From positions 416,001-480,000 of the forward strand of contig OZ244252.1 in assembly GCA_965217185.1 (NCBI GenBank): a stretch of 64,000 nucleotides of DNA, read 5' to 3'. Within the stretch, counting starts at the first letter, position 1. Each line of letters begins with the position of its first letter. Source of the stretch: an uncultured Candidatus Entotheonella sp. (GTDB lineage Bacteria; Tectomicrobia; Entotheonellia; Entotheonellales; Entotheonellaceae). Shown piece by piece: positions 29,714-41,233 of the stretch. The position numbers and the translations under genes were made by a program. The notes below the pieces were generated by a model. That model was given only the letters and a program-made list of their open reading frames with translations, was not told where the DNA came from and made no database searches.

Positions 29714-32700
29714 CCGGACCTGGTGGTAGCGTCGCCGTTGGTGAGCGACAGCAACCCGGACGCAGGGGCCTTCTTCACGTTCACGTTGAGTGCGACGGTG
29801 CGCAACGAAGGAGACGGGGCTTCGGCGGCGATAACGCTGCGCTACTACCGCTCGGCGGACGCGACGATCACGGCATCCGACACGGCGGTAGGCACTGATG
29901 CGGTAGCGGGGCTGGCCGCGTCGGGGACGAGCGAGCAGGCGATCTCGCTGACGGCGCCGTCCACCCCTGGGACGTACTACTACGGTGTGTGCGTGGACAC
30001 GGTAACGGATGAGTCGGACACGACGAACAACTGCTCGGCGTCGGTGCAGGTCACGGTACCGGAGCCGGAACGCCCGGACCTGGAGATGGGGACGCCGACG
30101 GTAGACGACGCGCGTCCGGAGACCGGGGCAACATTCACCCTGTCGGTGACGGTAAGCAACACGGGTGACGGGGAATCGTCGGCGACGACGCTGCGCTACT
30201 ACCGCTCGACGGATGCGACGATCACGACCTCGGACATGGTGGAGGGGACGGCCGAGGTAGGTGCGCTCGCGGCGTCTGGGACCAGCGAGCAGTCGATCTC
30301 GCTGACCGCGCCAGCGCCGGGCACGTACTACTACGGAACGTGCGTGGATACGGTGACGGACGAGTCCGACACCACCAACAACTGCTCGGCGCCGGTGCAG
30401 GTGGGTGTCGAGGCGCCGACGTACCCGGACCTGGAGATGGGGACGCCGACGGTGGACGACACGACTCTGGAGACGGGTGCAAGTTTCACGCTGTCGGTGA
30501 CGGTAAGCAACACGGGCGACGGGGAATCGTCGGCGACGACGCTGCGCTATTACCGGTCGACGGATGCGACGATCACGACCTCGGACACGGTGGAGGGGAC
30601 GGCCGATGTAGGTGCGCTCGCGGCGTCTGGGACCAGCGAGCAGTCGATCTCGCTGACCGTGCCAGCGCCGGGCACGTACTACTACGGAACGTGCGTGGAT
30701 ACGGTGACGGACGAGTCCGACACCACCAACAACTGCTCGGCGCCGGTGCAGGTGGGTGTCGAGGCGCCGACTACTCCGGACCTTGAGGTGGGAAAACCAG
30801 AGGAGAACGTCGAGGCGACGTACCCGGACCTTGAGGTGGAGACGCCGACGGTGGACGACACGACTCCCGAGACGGGGGCGAGCTTCACGCTGTCGGCGAC
30901 GGTGCGCAACGCGGGTGACGGGGAATCGTCGGCGACGACGCTGCGCTACTACCGCTCGACGGATGCGACGATCACGACTTCGGACATGGTGGATGGGACG
31001 GCCGATGTAGGTGCGCTCGCGGCGTCTGGGACCAGCGAGCAGTCGATCTCGTTGACCGCGCCAGCGCCGGGCACGTACTACTACGGAACGTGCGTGGATA
31101 CGGTGACGGACGAGTCCGACACCACCAACAACTGCTCGGCGCCGGTGCAGGTGACGGTGCCGGAGCCGCAGCCGGACCTGGTAGTGGCGGCATCGGTGGA
31201 AGACGGCAATTTGAACACGGACGACTCGTTCACGCTGTCGGCGACAGTACGCAACGTCGGCGACGAGCAATCTGTGGCGACGACGCTGCGCTACTACCGC
31301 TCGACAGACGTGGCCATCACCTCATCGGACACCGAGATCGGTACGGACGCGGTGGGGGAACTGGCCGCCTCGGGGACGAGCGCCGATTCGATCTCGCTGA
31401 CCGCGCCTTCGACGGCGGGCACGTACTATTACGGGGCGTGCGTGGACGCGGTGACGGACGAGTCGGACACCACGAACAATTGCTCGTCATCAGTGACAAT
31501 CGCTGTGGAGGAGGAGTCATCGGGGCAGCCGGACTTGAGGATCGTTGGGGTAATCGCGGTGACCTCTCTTGACGGCGTTTTTCCTGGAAGTCTCATCCAG
31601 TTATCAGCAACCGTCCGAAACTATGGAGACGCGAATTCGGATGCCACGACGTTGCGCTACTACCGCTCGACGGACGCAACGATCTCCGCGTTGGACACCC
31701 AGGTCGGCACGGACGAAGTTTCTGCGTTGGCCCCTTCGGTACAGGTTTCGGAGGGGATCGACCTGACCGCGCCGTCGCTGGCTGGCACGTACTACTACGG
31801 CGCCTGCGTAGACGCGGTGACCGGGGAGGCGGACACGACGAACAACTGCTCGTCGTCGGTGACGGTCACGGTGTCGGAGCCGCAAACCTCACCGGACCTG
31901 TCGGTGGGGTCGCCAACGGTGAACGACAGCAGCCTGGAGACGGGCGGGGCGTTCACGCTGTCGGCGACGGTGAGCAACGCGGGTGACGGGGAATCGTCGG
32001 CGACGACGCTGCACTACTACCGCTCGACGGATGCGACGATCACGACCTCGGACACGGCGGAGGGGACGGACGAGGTCGGCACGCTGTCGGCGTCTGGGAC
32101 CAGCGAGCAGTCGATCTCGCTGACCGCGCCAGCGCCGGGCACGTACTACTACGGAGCGTGCGTGGACACGGTGACCGGCGAGTCGGACACCACGGACAAC
32201 TGCTCCGGGTCGGTTCAGGTCGACGTCCAGGAGCCGGCGGTGTACCCGGACCTGTCGGTGGGGTCGCCAACGGTGGACGACAGCAGTCCGGAGACGGGTG
32301 CATCGTTCACGCTGTCGGCGACGGTGAGCAACGCGGGTGACGGGGAGTCGGGGGCGACGACGTTGCACTACTACCGCTCGACGGACGCGACGATCACGAC
32401 GTCCGACACGTCGATGGGCACGGATGCGGTGGGGGCATTGGCCGCTGCGGGGACCAGCAGCGAGTCGATCTCGCTGACCGCACCGTCGACGGCTGGCACG
32501 TACTACTACGGGGCGTGCGTGGACACGGTGACCGACGAGTCCGACACGACGAACAACTGCTCGTCGTCGGTGACGGTCACGGTGGCGGAGCCGGAGCTCC
32601 AGCCCGACCTGACAGTCGACTCTTTCACCATCACACTCGGCCCTACTCTCGAAACGTCTCCGGGAGCGCTCGTCTATTTGAACCAGCGGGTGGCCAATGT

Positions 32701-35700
32701 CGGGGATGCAGCGTCTGCGGCTACGACGGTGCGCTACTACCGGTCGACGGACGCGACGATCACGACGTCCGACACGCAGGTGAGCACCGACGCGGTACCG
32801 GAACTCGCCGCTTCGAGCCGCTTCGCCGAGGTGCACAGCGAGCGCTTGCCGACGGCCCCCGGGACTTACTACTACGGGGCGTGCGTGGACGCGGTGGCGG
32901 GGGAGTCCAATACGGCCAACAACTGTTCGCGGTCGGTGAAGGTGACGGTGCCGGAGCCGCAGCCGGACTTGGTAGTGGGGTCTGCATCGGTGGACGACAG
33001 CAATTTGAACACGGGCGACTCGTTCACACTGTCGGCGACGGTACGTAACGCCGGCGACGAGCAATCTGCGGCGACGACGCTGCGGTACTACCGATCGACC
33101 GATTCGAGGATCTCTTCGTCGGACACCGAGATCGGTACGGACGCGGTGGGGGCACTGGCCGCCTCGGGGACGAGCGCCGGGTCGATCACGCTGACCGCGC
33201 CCTCGACGGCGGGCACGTACTATTACGGGGCGTGCGTGGACACGGCGACGGACGAGTCGGACACCACGAACAACTGTTCGTCATCAGTGACAATCGCTGT
33301 GGAGGAGGCGTCATCGGGGCAGCCGGACTTGAGGATCGTTGGGGTAATCGCGGTGACCTCTCTTGACGGCGTTTTTCCTGGAAGTCTCATCCAGTTATCA
33401 GCAACCGTCCGAAACTATGGAGACGCGAATTCGGATGCCACGACGCTGCGATACTACCGCTCGGCGGACGCAACGATCTCCGTGTCGGACACGGAGGTCG
33501 GCACGGACGAAGTTTCTGCGCTGGCCCCTTCGGCCCAGGTTTCGGAGGGGATCCACCTGACGGCGCCGTCGCCGGCTGGCACGTACTACTACGGGGCGTG
33601 CGTGGACCCGGTGGCCGGGGAGTCGGACACGACGAACAACTGCTCGTCGTCCGTGCAGGTGGTGGTATCCGAGCCTGAGCCGGAGACGAGTCCGGACCTG
33701 ATGGTGGGGTCGGCATCGGTGGACGACAGCAGTCCGGAGACGGGTGCATCGTTCACGCTGTCGGCGACAGTGAGCAACGCGGGCGACGGCGAATCGGTGG
33801 CGACGACGCTGCGCTACTACCGCTCGACAGACGTGGCCATCACCTCGTCGGACACGGCGGTGGGCACCGACGCGGTGGGCGTGCTGGCAGCGTCAGCGAC
33901 CAGCCCGGAGTCAATCTCCCTCACGGCGCCGGAGGATGCCGGCACGTACTACTACGGTGTGTGCGTGGACCCGGTGGCGGGTGAGTCGGACACGACGAAC
34001 AACTGCTCCGGATCGGTGCAGGTGGTGGTGTCCGAGTCTGAGCCGGAGACGAGTCCGGACCTGATGGTGGGGTCGGCATCGGTGGACGACAGCAGTCCGG
34101 AGACGGGTGCATCGTTCACGCTGTGTGAGCAACGCGGGCGACGGCGAATCGGCGGCGACGACGCTGCGCTACTACCGCTCGACAGACGTGGCCATCACCT
34201 CGTCGGACACGGCGGTGGGCACCGACGCGGTGGGCGTGCTGGCAGCGTCAGCGACCAGCCCGGAGTCAATCTCCCTCACGGCGCCGGAGGATGCCGGCAC
34301 GTACTACTACGGCGCGTGCGTGGATTCGGTGACGGGCGAATCGAGCGCGACGAACAACTGCTCCGGATCGGTGCAGGTGGTGGTGTCCGAGCCTGAGCCG
34401 GAGACGAGTCCGGACCTGATGGTGGGGTCGCCAACGGTGGACGACAGCAGTCCGGAGACGGGTGCATCGTTCACGCTGTCGGCGACGGTGAGCAACGCGG
34501 GTGACGGGGAGTCGGGGGCGACGACGTTGCACTACTACCGCTCGACGGACGCGACGATCACGACGTCCGACACGTCGATGGGCACGGATGCGGTGGGGGC
34601 ATTGGCCGCTGCGGGGACCAGCAGCGAGTCGATCTCGCTGACCGCACCGTCGACGGCTGGCACGTACTACTACGGCGCCTGCGTGGACACGGTGACCGAC
34701 GAGTCCGACACGACGAACAACTGCTCGTCGTCGGTGACGGTCACGGTGGCGGAGCCGGAGCCGCAACCGGACCTGATAGTCGACTCTTTCACCATCACAC
34801 TCGGCCCTACTCTCGAAACGTCTCCGGGAGCGCTCGTCTATTTGAACCAGCGGGTGGCCAATGTCGGGGATGCAGCGTCTGCGGCCACGACGGTGCGCTA
34901 CTACCGGTCGACGGACGCGACGATCACGACGTCCGACACGCAGGTGAGCACCGACGCGGTACCGGAACTCGCCGCTTCGAGCCGCTTCGCCGAGGTGCAC
35001 AGCGAGCGCTTGCCGACGGCCCCCGGAACGTACTACTACGGGGCGTGCGTGGACTCGGTGGCGGGGGAGTCCAATACGGCCAACAACTGTTCGCGGTCGG
35101 TGAAGGTGACGGTGCCGGCGCCGCAACCGGACCTGGCAGTGTCGGCGTCGGTGGACGACGGCAATTTGAACACGGGCGACTCGTTCACGCTGTCGGCGAC
35201 GGTACGTAACGCCGGCGACGAGCAATCTGCGGCGACGACGCTGCACTACTACCGCTCGACGGATTCGACGATCTCTTCGTCGGACACCCAGGTCGGCACG
35301 GACGCGGTGGGGGTATTGGCCGCCTCGGGGACGAGCGCCGAGTCGATCTCTCTGACCGCGCCCTCGACGGCTGGCACTTACTACTATGGGGCGTGCGTGG
35401 ACGCGGTGACGGACGAGTCGGACACCACGAACAACTGCTCGTCGTCGGTGACAATCGCTGTGGAGGAGGAGTCAACGGGGCAGCCGGACTTGAGGATCCT
35501 TGGGTTATTTGCGGGGACCCCTCCTGACGGCGTTGCTGCTGGAACTCTCATCCAATTCGGAGCAAACGTTCGAAACTATGGAGACGCGAATTCGGATGCC
35601 ACGACGTTGCGATACTACCGCTCGACGGACGCAACGATCTCCGTGTCGGACACGGAGGTCGGCACGGACGAAGTTTCTGCGTTGGTCCCTTCGGCCCAGG

Positions 35701-37860
35701 TTTCGGAGGGGATCGACCTGTACGCGCCGTCGACGGCTGGCACGTACTACTACGGGGCGTGCGTGGACGCGGTGACCGACGAGTCGGACACGACGAACAA
35801 CTGCTCGGGATCCCTGGCGTTCACAGTGCCGGAACCTGAACCGGCCCAAGTGGAGGGCAATCCGGACCTGGTGATCCGGTCGGTCGGGACCCTTGTTGGC
35901 GGCGTGGGAAACACATACCCGTTGGAGTCCTTCCAGGTGGCGCCGTCGGTGTTCAATGACGGGGACGGACCCTCGGAAGCGACGACGCTGCGGATTTATC
36001 GGTCGACGGACACGACGGTCGATACATCCGACACGCAGGTGGGCAGCGCCACGGTGGCGGGGCTGGCCGCTTCGGAATACGCCGCCCCGGCGATTCGGGT
36101 GAGGTCGCCGTTGACCCCGGGCACGTACTACTACGGCGCGTGTGTGGACGCGGTGGCGGGGGAGTCCGATACGACCAACAACTGCGGAGGATCCCTGTCG
36201 GTCCCTGTGGTGCCGCGCGGGCGACCGGATCTGGTGGTGGAAACGCCTACCCTCGACCCCAGCTTCCCGTCCGCCGGGGCGACGTTCACCCTGACGGCGA
36301 CGGTGTGGAACTTTGCGCAGTTGAGCGAGGGAACCTCGGAGGCCACGACGCTGCGGTACTACCTGTCGACGGACGGGACGATCACGACATCCGACACGCA
36401 GGTGGGCACGGACGCGGTTCCGGCGCTGGGCCCTCGTAGCAACAGCACTCAGTCGGTGGAGCTGACCGCGCCGACGACGCCGGGAACGTACTACTACGGC
36501 GCCTGCGTGGACGAGATGACGGACGAGTCCGATACGACCAACAACTGCACGAATGGCGTGAGGGTCTCGGTAACGGAGCAACAGTCAAAGAGCTATCCGG
36601 ACTTGACGGTGGGATCGACTTCTTTGAGCGCTAGCGACAGATCCGACCAAGTACGTCGATTCGAATTGATTGTCACTGGCTATTAGAAAGCGTTTCCAGG
36701 GGAACCGTTCGACGTGTCGTCGACGGCGACCAACGCCGGCGACGGGGAATCGGCGGCAACGACGATGCGCTTCTACCGGTCGTCGGATGTCACGATCACG
36801 CCAGCCGATACGCTGGTGGGTACGGCGGTGGTGGAAGCGCTTGGCGCTTCGGAGACCGCTAGGAAGACGCTGACGACGACCGCGCCCTCGACCCTCGGCT
36901 CGTACTACTACGGCGCGTGTGTGGACGCGGTGACGGGCGAGTCCGTCACCACGAACAACTGCAGCCCATCGGTGTTTCTTGAGGTAGTGCCGGCGGACGC
37001 ACCGGACCTGCTGGTGCAACCCCCGGAGGCGCACTCCAACACTCTGTCCGCTGGAGCGACGTTTACCCTGTCAGCATACGTGCGGAATCTCACGAGGTCG
37101 TTTGAAGCAACCTCGGAGGAGACGACCCTGCGATGGTACTCTTCGACCGACGATCGTATCAGCACATCCGACACGGAGGTCGGCACGGACGCGGTGCCGG
37201 CGCTTGGTGCTCTAGGAAGTAGCCGCGAGACGGTGGAATTGACCGCGCCCTCGACCGCCGGGATCCACTACTACGGCGCGTGTGTGGACCCAGTCGCGAG
37301 AGAGTCGAGCACCGGTAACAACTGCTCGCAGGGCGTGTCGATCATTGTGTCGGAATGGGCCGGTCGGGAAAGTCGAAGGAGAGCCGGCCTGTGGGTCGTC
37401 GAGCCTATAGAGGCGCAGGTGCGGGCAATCGGGGCCGGGACGGCCGAGGTGACGGTGACTGAAGACGGCGGGACGTTGAGCGGGGCGACCAGTGTGACGG
37501 TGACGGTGACGCCGCCAGAGGAGGGCAATCAGGACCTGGAGATCCTGTCGGTCGGGACGCTTGTTGGCGGTGTGGGAAACACATACCCCGGGGAGTCCTT
37601 CCAGGTGGCGGCGTCGGTGTTGAATGACGGGGACGGACCCTCGGAATCGACGACGCTACGGACTCAGTGATCACGACATCCGACACGCATCTGGGCACGG
37701 ACGCGGTTCCGGCGCTGGGCCCTCGTAGCAAAAGCACTCAGTCGGTGGAGCTGACCGCGCCGACGACGCCAGGAACGTACTACTACGGTGCCTGCGTGGA
37801 CGAGATGACGAACGAATCGGACACGACGAACAACTGCTCGTCGGTGCAGGTCGTCGTGGC
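29714..37860 (+). repeat. Array of ~22 CARDB-like repeats (~350-375 bp each)
   Basis: Unit PDL...FTLSATVxNxGD...TTLRYYRSTDATI...YYYGACVD...ESDTTNNCS. Confidence 0.88.
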
Positions 37861-39043
37861 GGCGCAGTCGGGTACGCCGAGCGTGGAGGTGAGCGCGCCG
37901 AAGGAGTGGGCGCCCGTGGGGGGCACCGTGACCTACACGGCGCGCGTCCTGGACAGCGAGGACAGGGAGATTTCCGGGTACATCATTTCATGGTCGTCCA
38001 GCGACACCTCGAAGGCGACCGTCGACTCGAGCGGCGTGGTGACGGCCGTCGCGGTGGGCGAGGCGACCATTACCGCCTCGGCGAGTGCGACGGCTTCGGC
38101 CACGGTGAAGGCTTCGTCCAAGATGGACGTGGTCAAGCCAGTAGCCAGGATCGAACTGTCGCCGAGTTCGCTGAGCTTCGACACGGTGGGTGAATGGGAG
38201 ACCGTGACGGCAACCCTCTACGACGCGGACGGCAACGAAATGAGCCCCACCTACTGGGGCTGGTACTCGGCGGATGGGGAAGTGGCGACGGTGGACAGCC
38301 AGTTCTTGGCGTCCGGGGCGTCGGCGTGGGTGCGGTCGATTGGGGAGGGGAGCACCACGGTGACGCTGAGCGCCAACGGGGCCAGGGAATCCATGAGCGT
38401 GACGGTGACCCTGCCTGCGGCACGAGTGGACATATCGCCGCGTTCGCTGACGTTCGAGGCGTTGGGGGACACCAAGTCGGTGACCGTCCGGGTTCTGGAC
38501 GAGAATGGCGACGAGGTCGAGGACGCGACGTTCGGCTTTATCGGCTCCTTCGGTCCGTGCTGCCATCCTGACCTTGCCGACCCGGTGAGAACATGGGACA
38601 TCGAGAAAGTGGACGGCGGCCTGGAGATTACGTCGGAAGGACCGGGAAGGGGCAACCTCACGATCACATCGACGGACGTGGAATCCGCAATTCTGCCCGT
38701 GACCGTGTACATGAAGCCGGCGACACTGGAGGTCTCGCCGAGTTCGGCGAGCCTGGAGGTCGACGGGACGACCACGCTGAACGCGACGATCAAGGACGCC
38801 AACGGCAACTCCATACACGTGGACCAGGACGACGGTCGGGGTGGCAAGGTGGTGTATTGGGAAACGAGCGACTCGGCGGTGGCGACGGTCGAGGGAGAGA
38901 CCGTCACGATAACGGACCACAATACCGGAGGTTCCGCCACGGTCACGGCGGTCGCAGCCGGCACGGCGACGATTACCGGCAGGCACGGGGCGGGTAGCAG
39001 ACAAATCAGCGACACAGCCACAGTGACGGTGACGGAATGATTC

Positions 39044-39354
39044 AGTGATGTTACGCACTTGGCAACTTGTTAATCCATCCCCCGGTCGGAGCCGAGGGCA
39101 GGCTTGAGGTGTCTCTTCCAACAGTTGCCGCCCAGAACACCATCGTCCGTAGGCATAGGTCCGCCCTGCACGTCAAGCCCGCAAAGCGGAACCCTGCGGG
39201 CAAGATGCCCGCGCTCCCAGGGAGGCGGCCCGGGTGGCGCCAGGCTCATTGCCGAGCCCAGGAAGATGCCCGCGCTCCCAGGGAGGCGGCGCTATTCACA
39301 AACACCCTCACAGGAAGGTCACAACTGAACTCCACAAGGCTGCGTAACATCACC
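39044..39354. mobile_element. MITE-like element B with REP-like internal repeats
   Basis: Same termini as element A (AGTGATGTTACGCA...TGCGTAACATCACC); 28-bp direct repeat AAGATGCCCGCGCTCCCAGGGAGGCGGC at 39202 and 39263; 39270-39307 matches 26446-26483 at 35 of 38 bases. No TSD. Confidence 0.72.
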
Positions 39355-39498
39355 AGTTAAGTTCTCTTTCTCCGCGCTCTGACGCTCGGACCACAACGCC
39401 CGTCAGCGAGGGGCGTCCTGCTCTGAGCGCCGCTACGCGCGACTCGCCACTGCTTTTGCCGGCCACGCACCTGAACGCTGCATTCGTCCAATCCTGAG

Positions 39499-40239
39499 CT
39501 AACCCCTGAGATGTTCGTTGTAGAACAGCATGACGCGGTGCCACATGTCCTGAGCGGGGGCGGCGCGGTAGCTGGGGCGGTAGTCGGCAAAGAAGGCGTG
39601 GCCGGCATCGCGGTACATGTGGAAGGTGTAGGTTTTGCCGTGTTTGTCGAGCTCCGCTTGCAGGCGGGCGGCGTGCTCGGGTGACGGGTTGGGGTCCTCT
39701 TCGCCGAACAGGGCCATGAGGGGACAGGAGAGGGTGGGTATCATGTCGATGGGGGACACGGGCCGCTGGGGTGTGTGCTCGTCCTGGATGATGAACCCGC
39801 CGGCGGAATCGACGGCGGCGTCAAGGTTGGTGCTCTTGCAGCCTAGCATCAGGGTGTAGCGGCCGCCGGAGCAAAAGCCGATGGCGCCGACTTTGCCGTT
39901 GCTGCCGGACTGGCCCTTGAGGAACGAAATGGCGCCCTCCAGGTCGGTCATGGCCTGGGTGTCCGGCACCGAGAACATGGTCTTGAAGATTTCTTCCATC
40001 ACGGTGGGATCGGGTGAGCCTTCGCGGGTGTACATGTCGGGGGCGACGGCCAGGTAGCCTTGTTCGGCGAAACGGCGGGCGATGTCCTTGATGTGGTCAT
40101 TAAGGCCAAAGGCTTCCATGATGACGACGACGCCGGGGTAGCTTCCGGCTTCGCCCGGGCGGCTGAAATAGGCGTCGATCTGGGTGCCGTCCTGGCTGGG
40201 AAACTGAAGCGTTTCGGATTGGATGTCGGGTGGATACAC
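39499..40239 (-). CDS. Dienelactone hydrolase family protein
   Basis: EAFGLNDHI, nucleophile GFCSGG and AGHAF motifs. Confidence 0.92.
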   Translation of the reverse strand: MYPPDIQSETLQFPSQDGTQIDAYFSRPGEAGSYPGVVVIMEAFGLNDHIKDIARRFAEQGYLAVAPDMYTREGSPDPTVMEEIFKTMFSVPDTQAMTDLEGAISFLKGQSGSNGKVGAIGFCSGGRYTLMLGCKSTNLDAAVDSAGGFIIQDEHTPQRPVSPIDMIPTLSCPLMALFGEEDPNPSPEHAARLQAELDKHGKTYTFHMYRDAGHAFFADYRPSYRAAPAQDMWHRVMLFYNEHLRG

Positions 40240-40458
40240 GGCTGCGCTCCTTCGCGGTTGAAATGGCCAATATGTGACGGTATTTCAAGGCGGCAGGCTA
40301 GCACCGGCGAGGTGCGAGGGTCAAGGGTGCCGGAGCGCTCGGTGGCCCTGTGCCGAAGTCCTTTGTGGGAACATCTAAGTGTGCTATTTTAACGTTCCAT
40401 TCAGGCACGAATGCACTGCGTTCAGAACGTGAAGTTTCCAATCCTCAAGGAGGTTCTC

Positions 40459-41157
40459 ATGTTTCATCGTGGTCAACTGTCGCGCCGTACCATGCTCCGC
40501 AACGCCCTCGCCGCCGGCGCGGTGTTCGCGGCGCCCAACATCGTGCGCAGCGCTGTATGTAATGTCACGCCGAAGCAGGTTGAAGGTCCCTTCTACATGA
40601 ACGACTACGACCGCAAGGCGCCAGTGATGAACAACAACGACCTGACGCAGATCCCCGGTGCGGAGCGAGCCGCGGACGGCGAGGTGATCTATCTCGGCGG
40701 GCAGGTGACGGACGGAGAATGCAGGCCTGTCAAGGGCGCTGCCGTCGAGATCTGGCAGTCCTGCGTCACGGGCCGTTACGCCCACGTGCGCGACCCCAAT
40801 CCGGCGCCGATAGACCCCTATTTCCGCTATTCCGGCGAGTTCCTCACCGATGAGGAGGGCCGCTATTCCTTCAAGACCATCAAGCCGGGCCCCTACCCCA
40901 TTCCTGGCGGCATGATGCGCACGCCGCACATCCATTTCAGGGTCGTCGCCCTCGCCCCGATCCTCACCACGCAGATGTACTTTGCGGGCGAGCCGCTGAA
41001 CGACAAGGACATCCTGCTGGGCCATGCCGCCAAGTCCGAACAGAAGCGGCTGGTCGTTGAGCCCTCCACCCGCCCCGGTAGCTACGGGGAAGAGAATTAC
41101 TATGCGTTCGATCTGACCATCGGTTCGTTCGGTTTCTCCCTGGAGCGCACGGATTAG
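40459..41157 (+). CDS. Intradiol ring-cleavage dioxygenase-like protein with Tat signal
   Basis: SRRTMLR twin-arginine leader; EGPFY, VEIWQ, GRY, TIKPGPY and RTPHIHF (Tyr/Tyr/His/His iron ligands). Confidence 0.88.
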   Translation: MFHRGQLSRRTMLRNALAAGAVFAAPNIVRSAVCNVTPKQVEGPFYMNDYDRKAPVMNNNDLTQIPGAERAADGEVIYLGGQVTDGECRPVKGAAVEIWQSCVTGRYAHVRDPNPAPIDPYFRYSGEFLTDEEGRYSFKTIKPGPYPIPGGMMRTPHIHFRVVALAPILTTQMYFAGEPLNDKDILLGHAAKSEQKRLVVEPSTRPGSYGEENYYAFDLTIGSFGFSLERTD

Positions 41158-41233
41158 GCATGGTGTCATGTGCACCCGGCGGCATCCGGTGATGCTTGCC
41201 GGGTGCACCCGTTTGACGGGGTAGGAGAGCACC

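Larger units (their letters stand above)
28336..39040 (+). pseudogene. Giant repetitive surface protein/adhesin (signal peptide, dockerin, 9 RCC1-like, ~22 CARDB, Big_2 domains), interrupted into 5 ORFs
   Basis: ORFs 28336-29532, 28589-34396, 34107-36686, 36714-37670 and 37667-39040 join into one ~3,570-aa frame. Lesions: +1 A at 29503, 8-nt deletion at 34124, in-frame TAG at 36684, frameshift at ~37662. Confidence 0.85.

Noticed and set aside
29495..36581. Arg/His/Val-rich repetitive minus-strand ORFs
   Set aside because: Reverse-frame translations of the CARDB repeats.
36684..36686. Programmed amber readthrough (pyrrolysine or recoding)
   Set aside because: TAG is a normal stop in many genes here, no pyl genes are seen, and the same gene has other lesions; a nonsense mutation or sequencing error is simpler.
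29714..37860. Diversity-generating retroelement (template/variable repeats)
   Set aside because: No reverse transcriptase in the window, and differences between repeats are not visibly adenine-specific.
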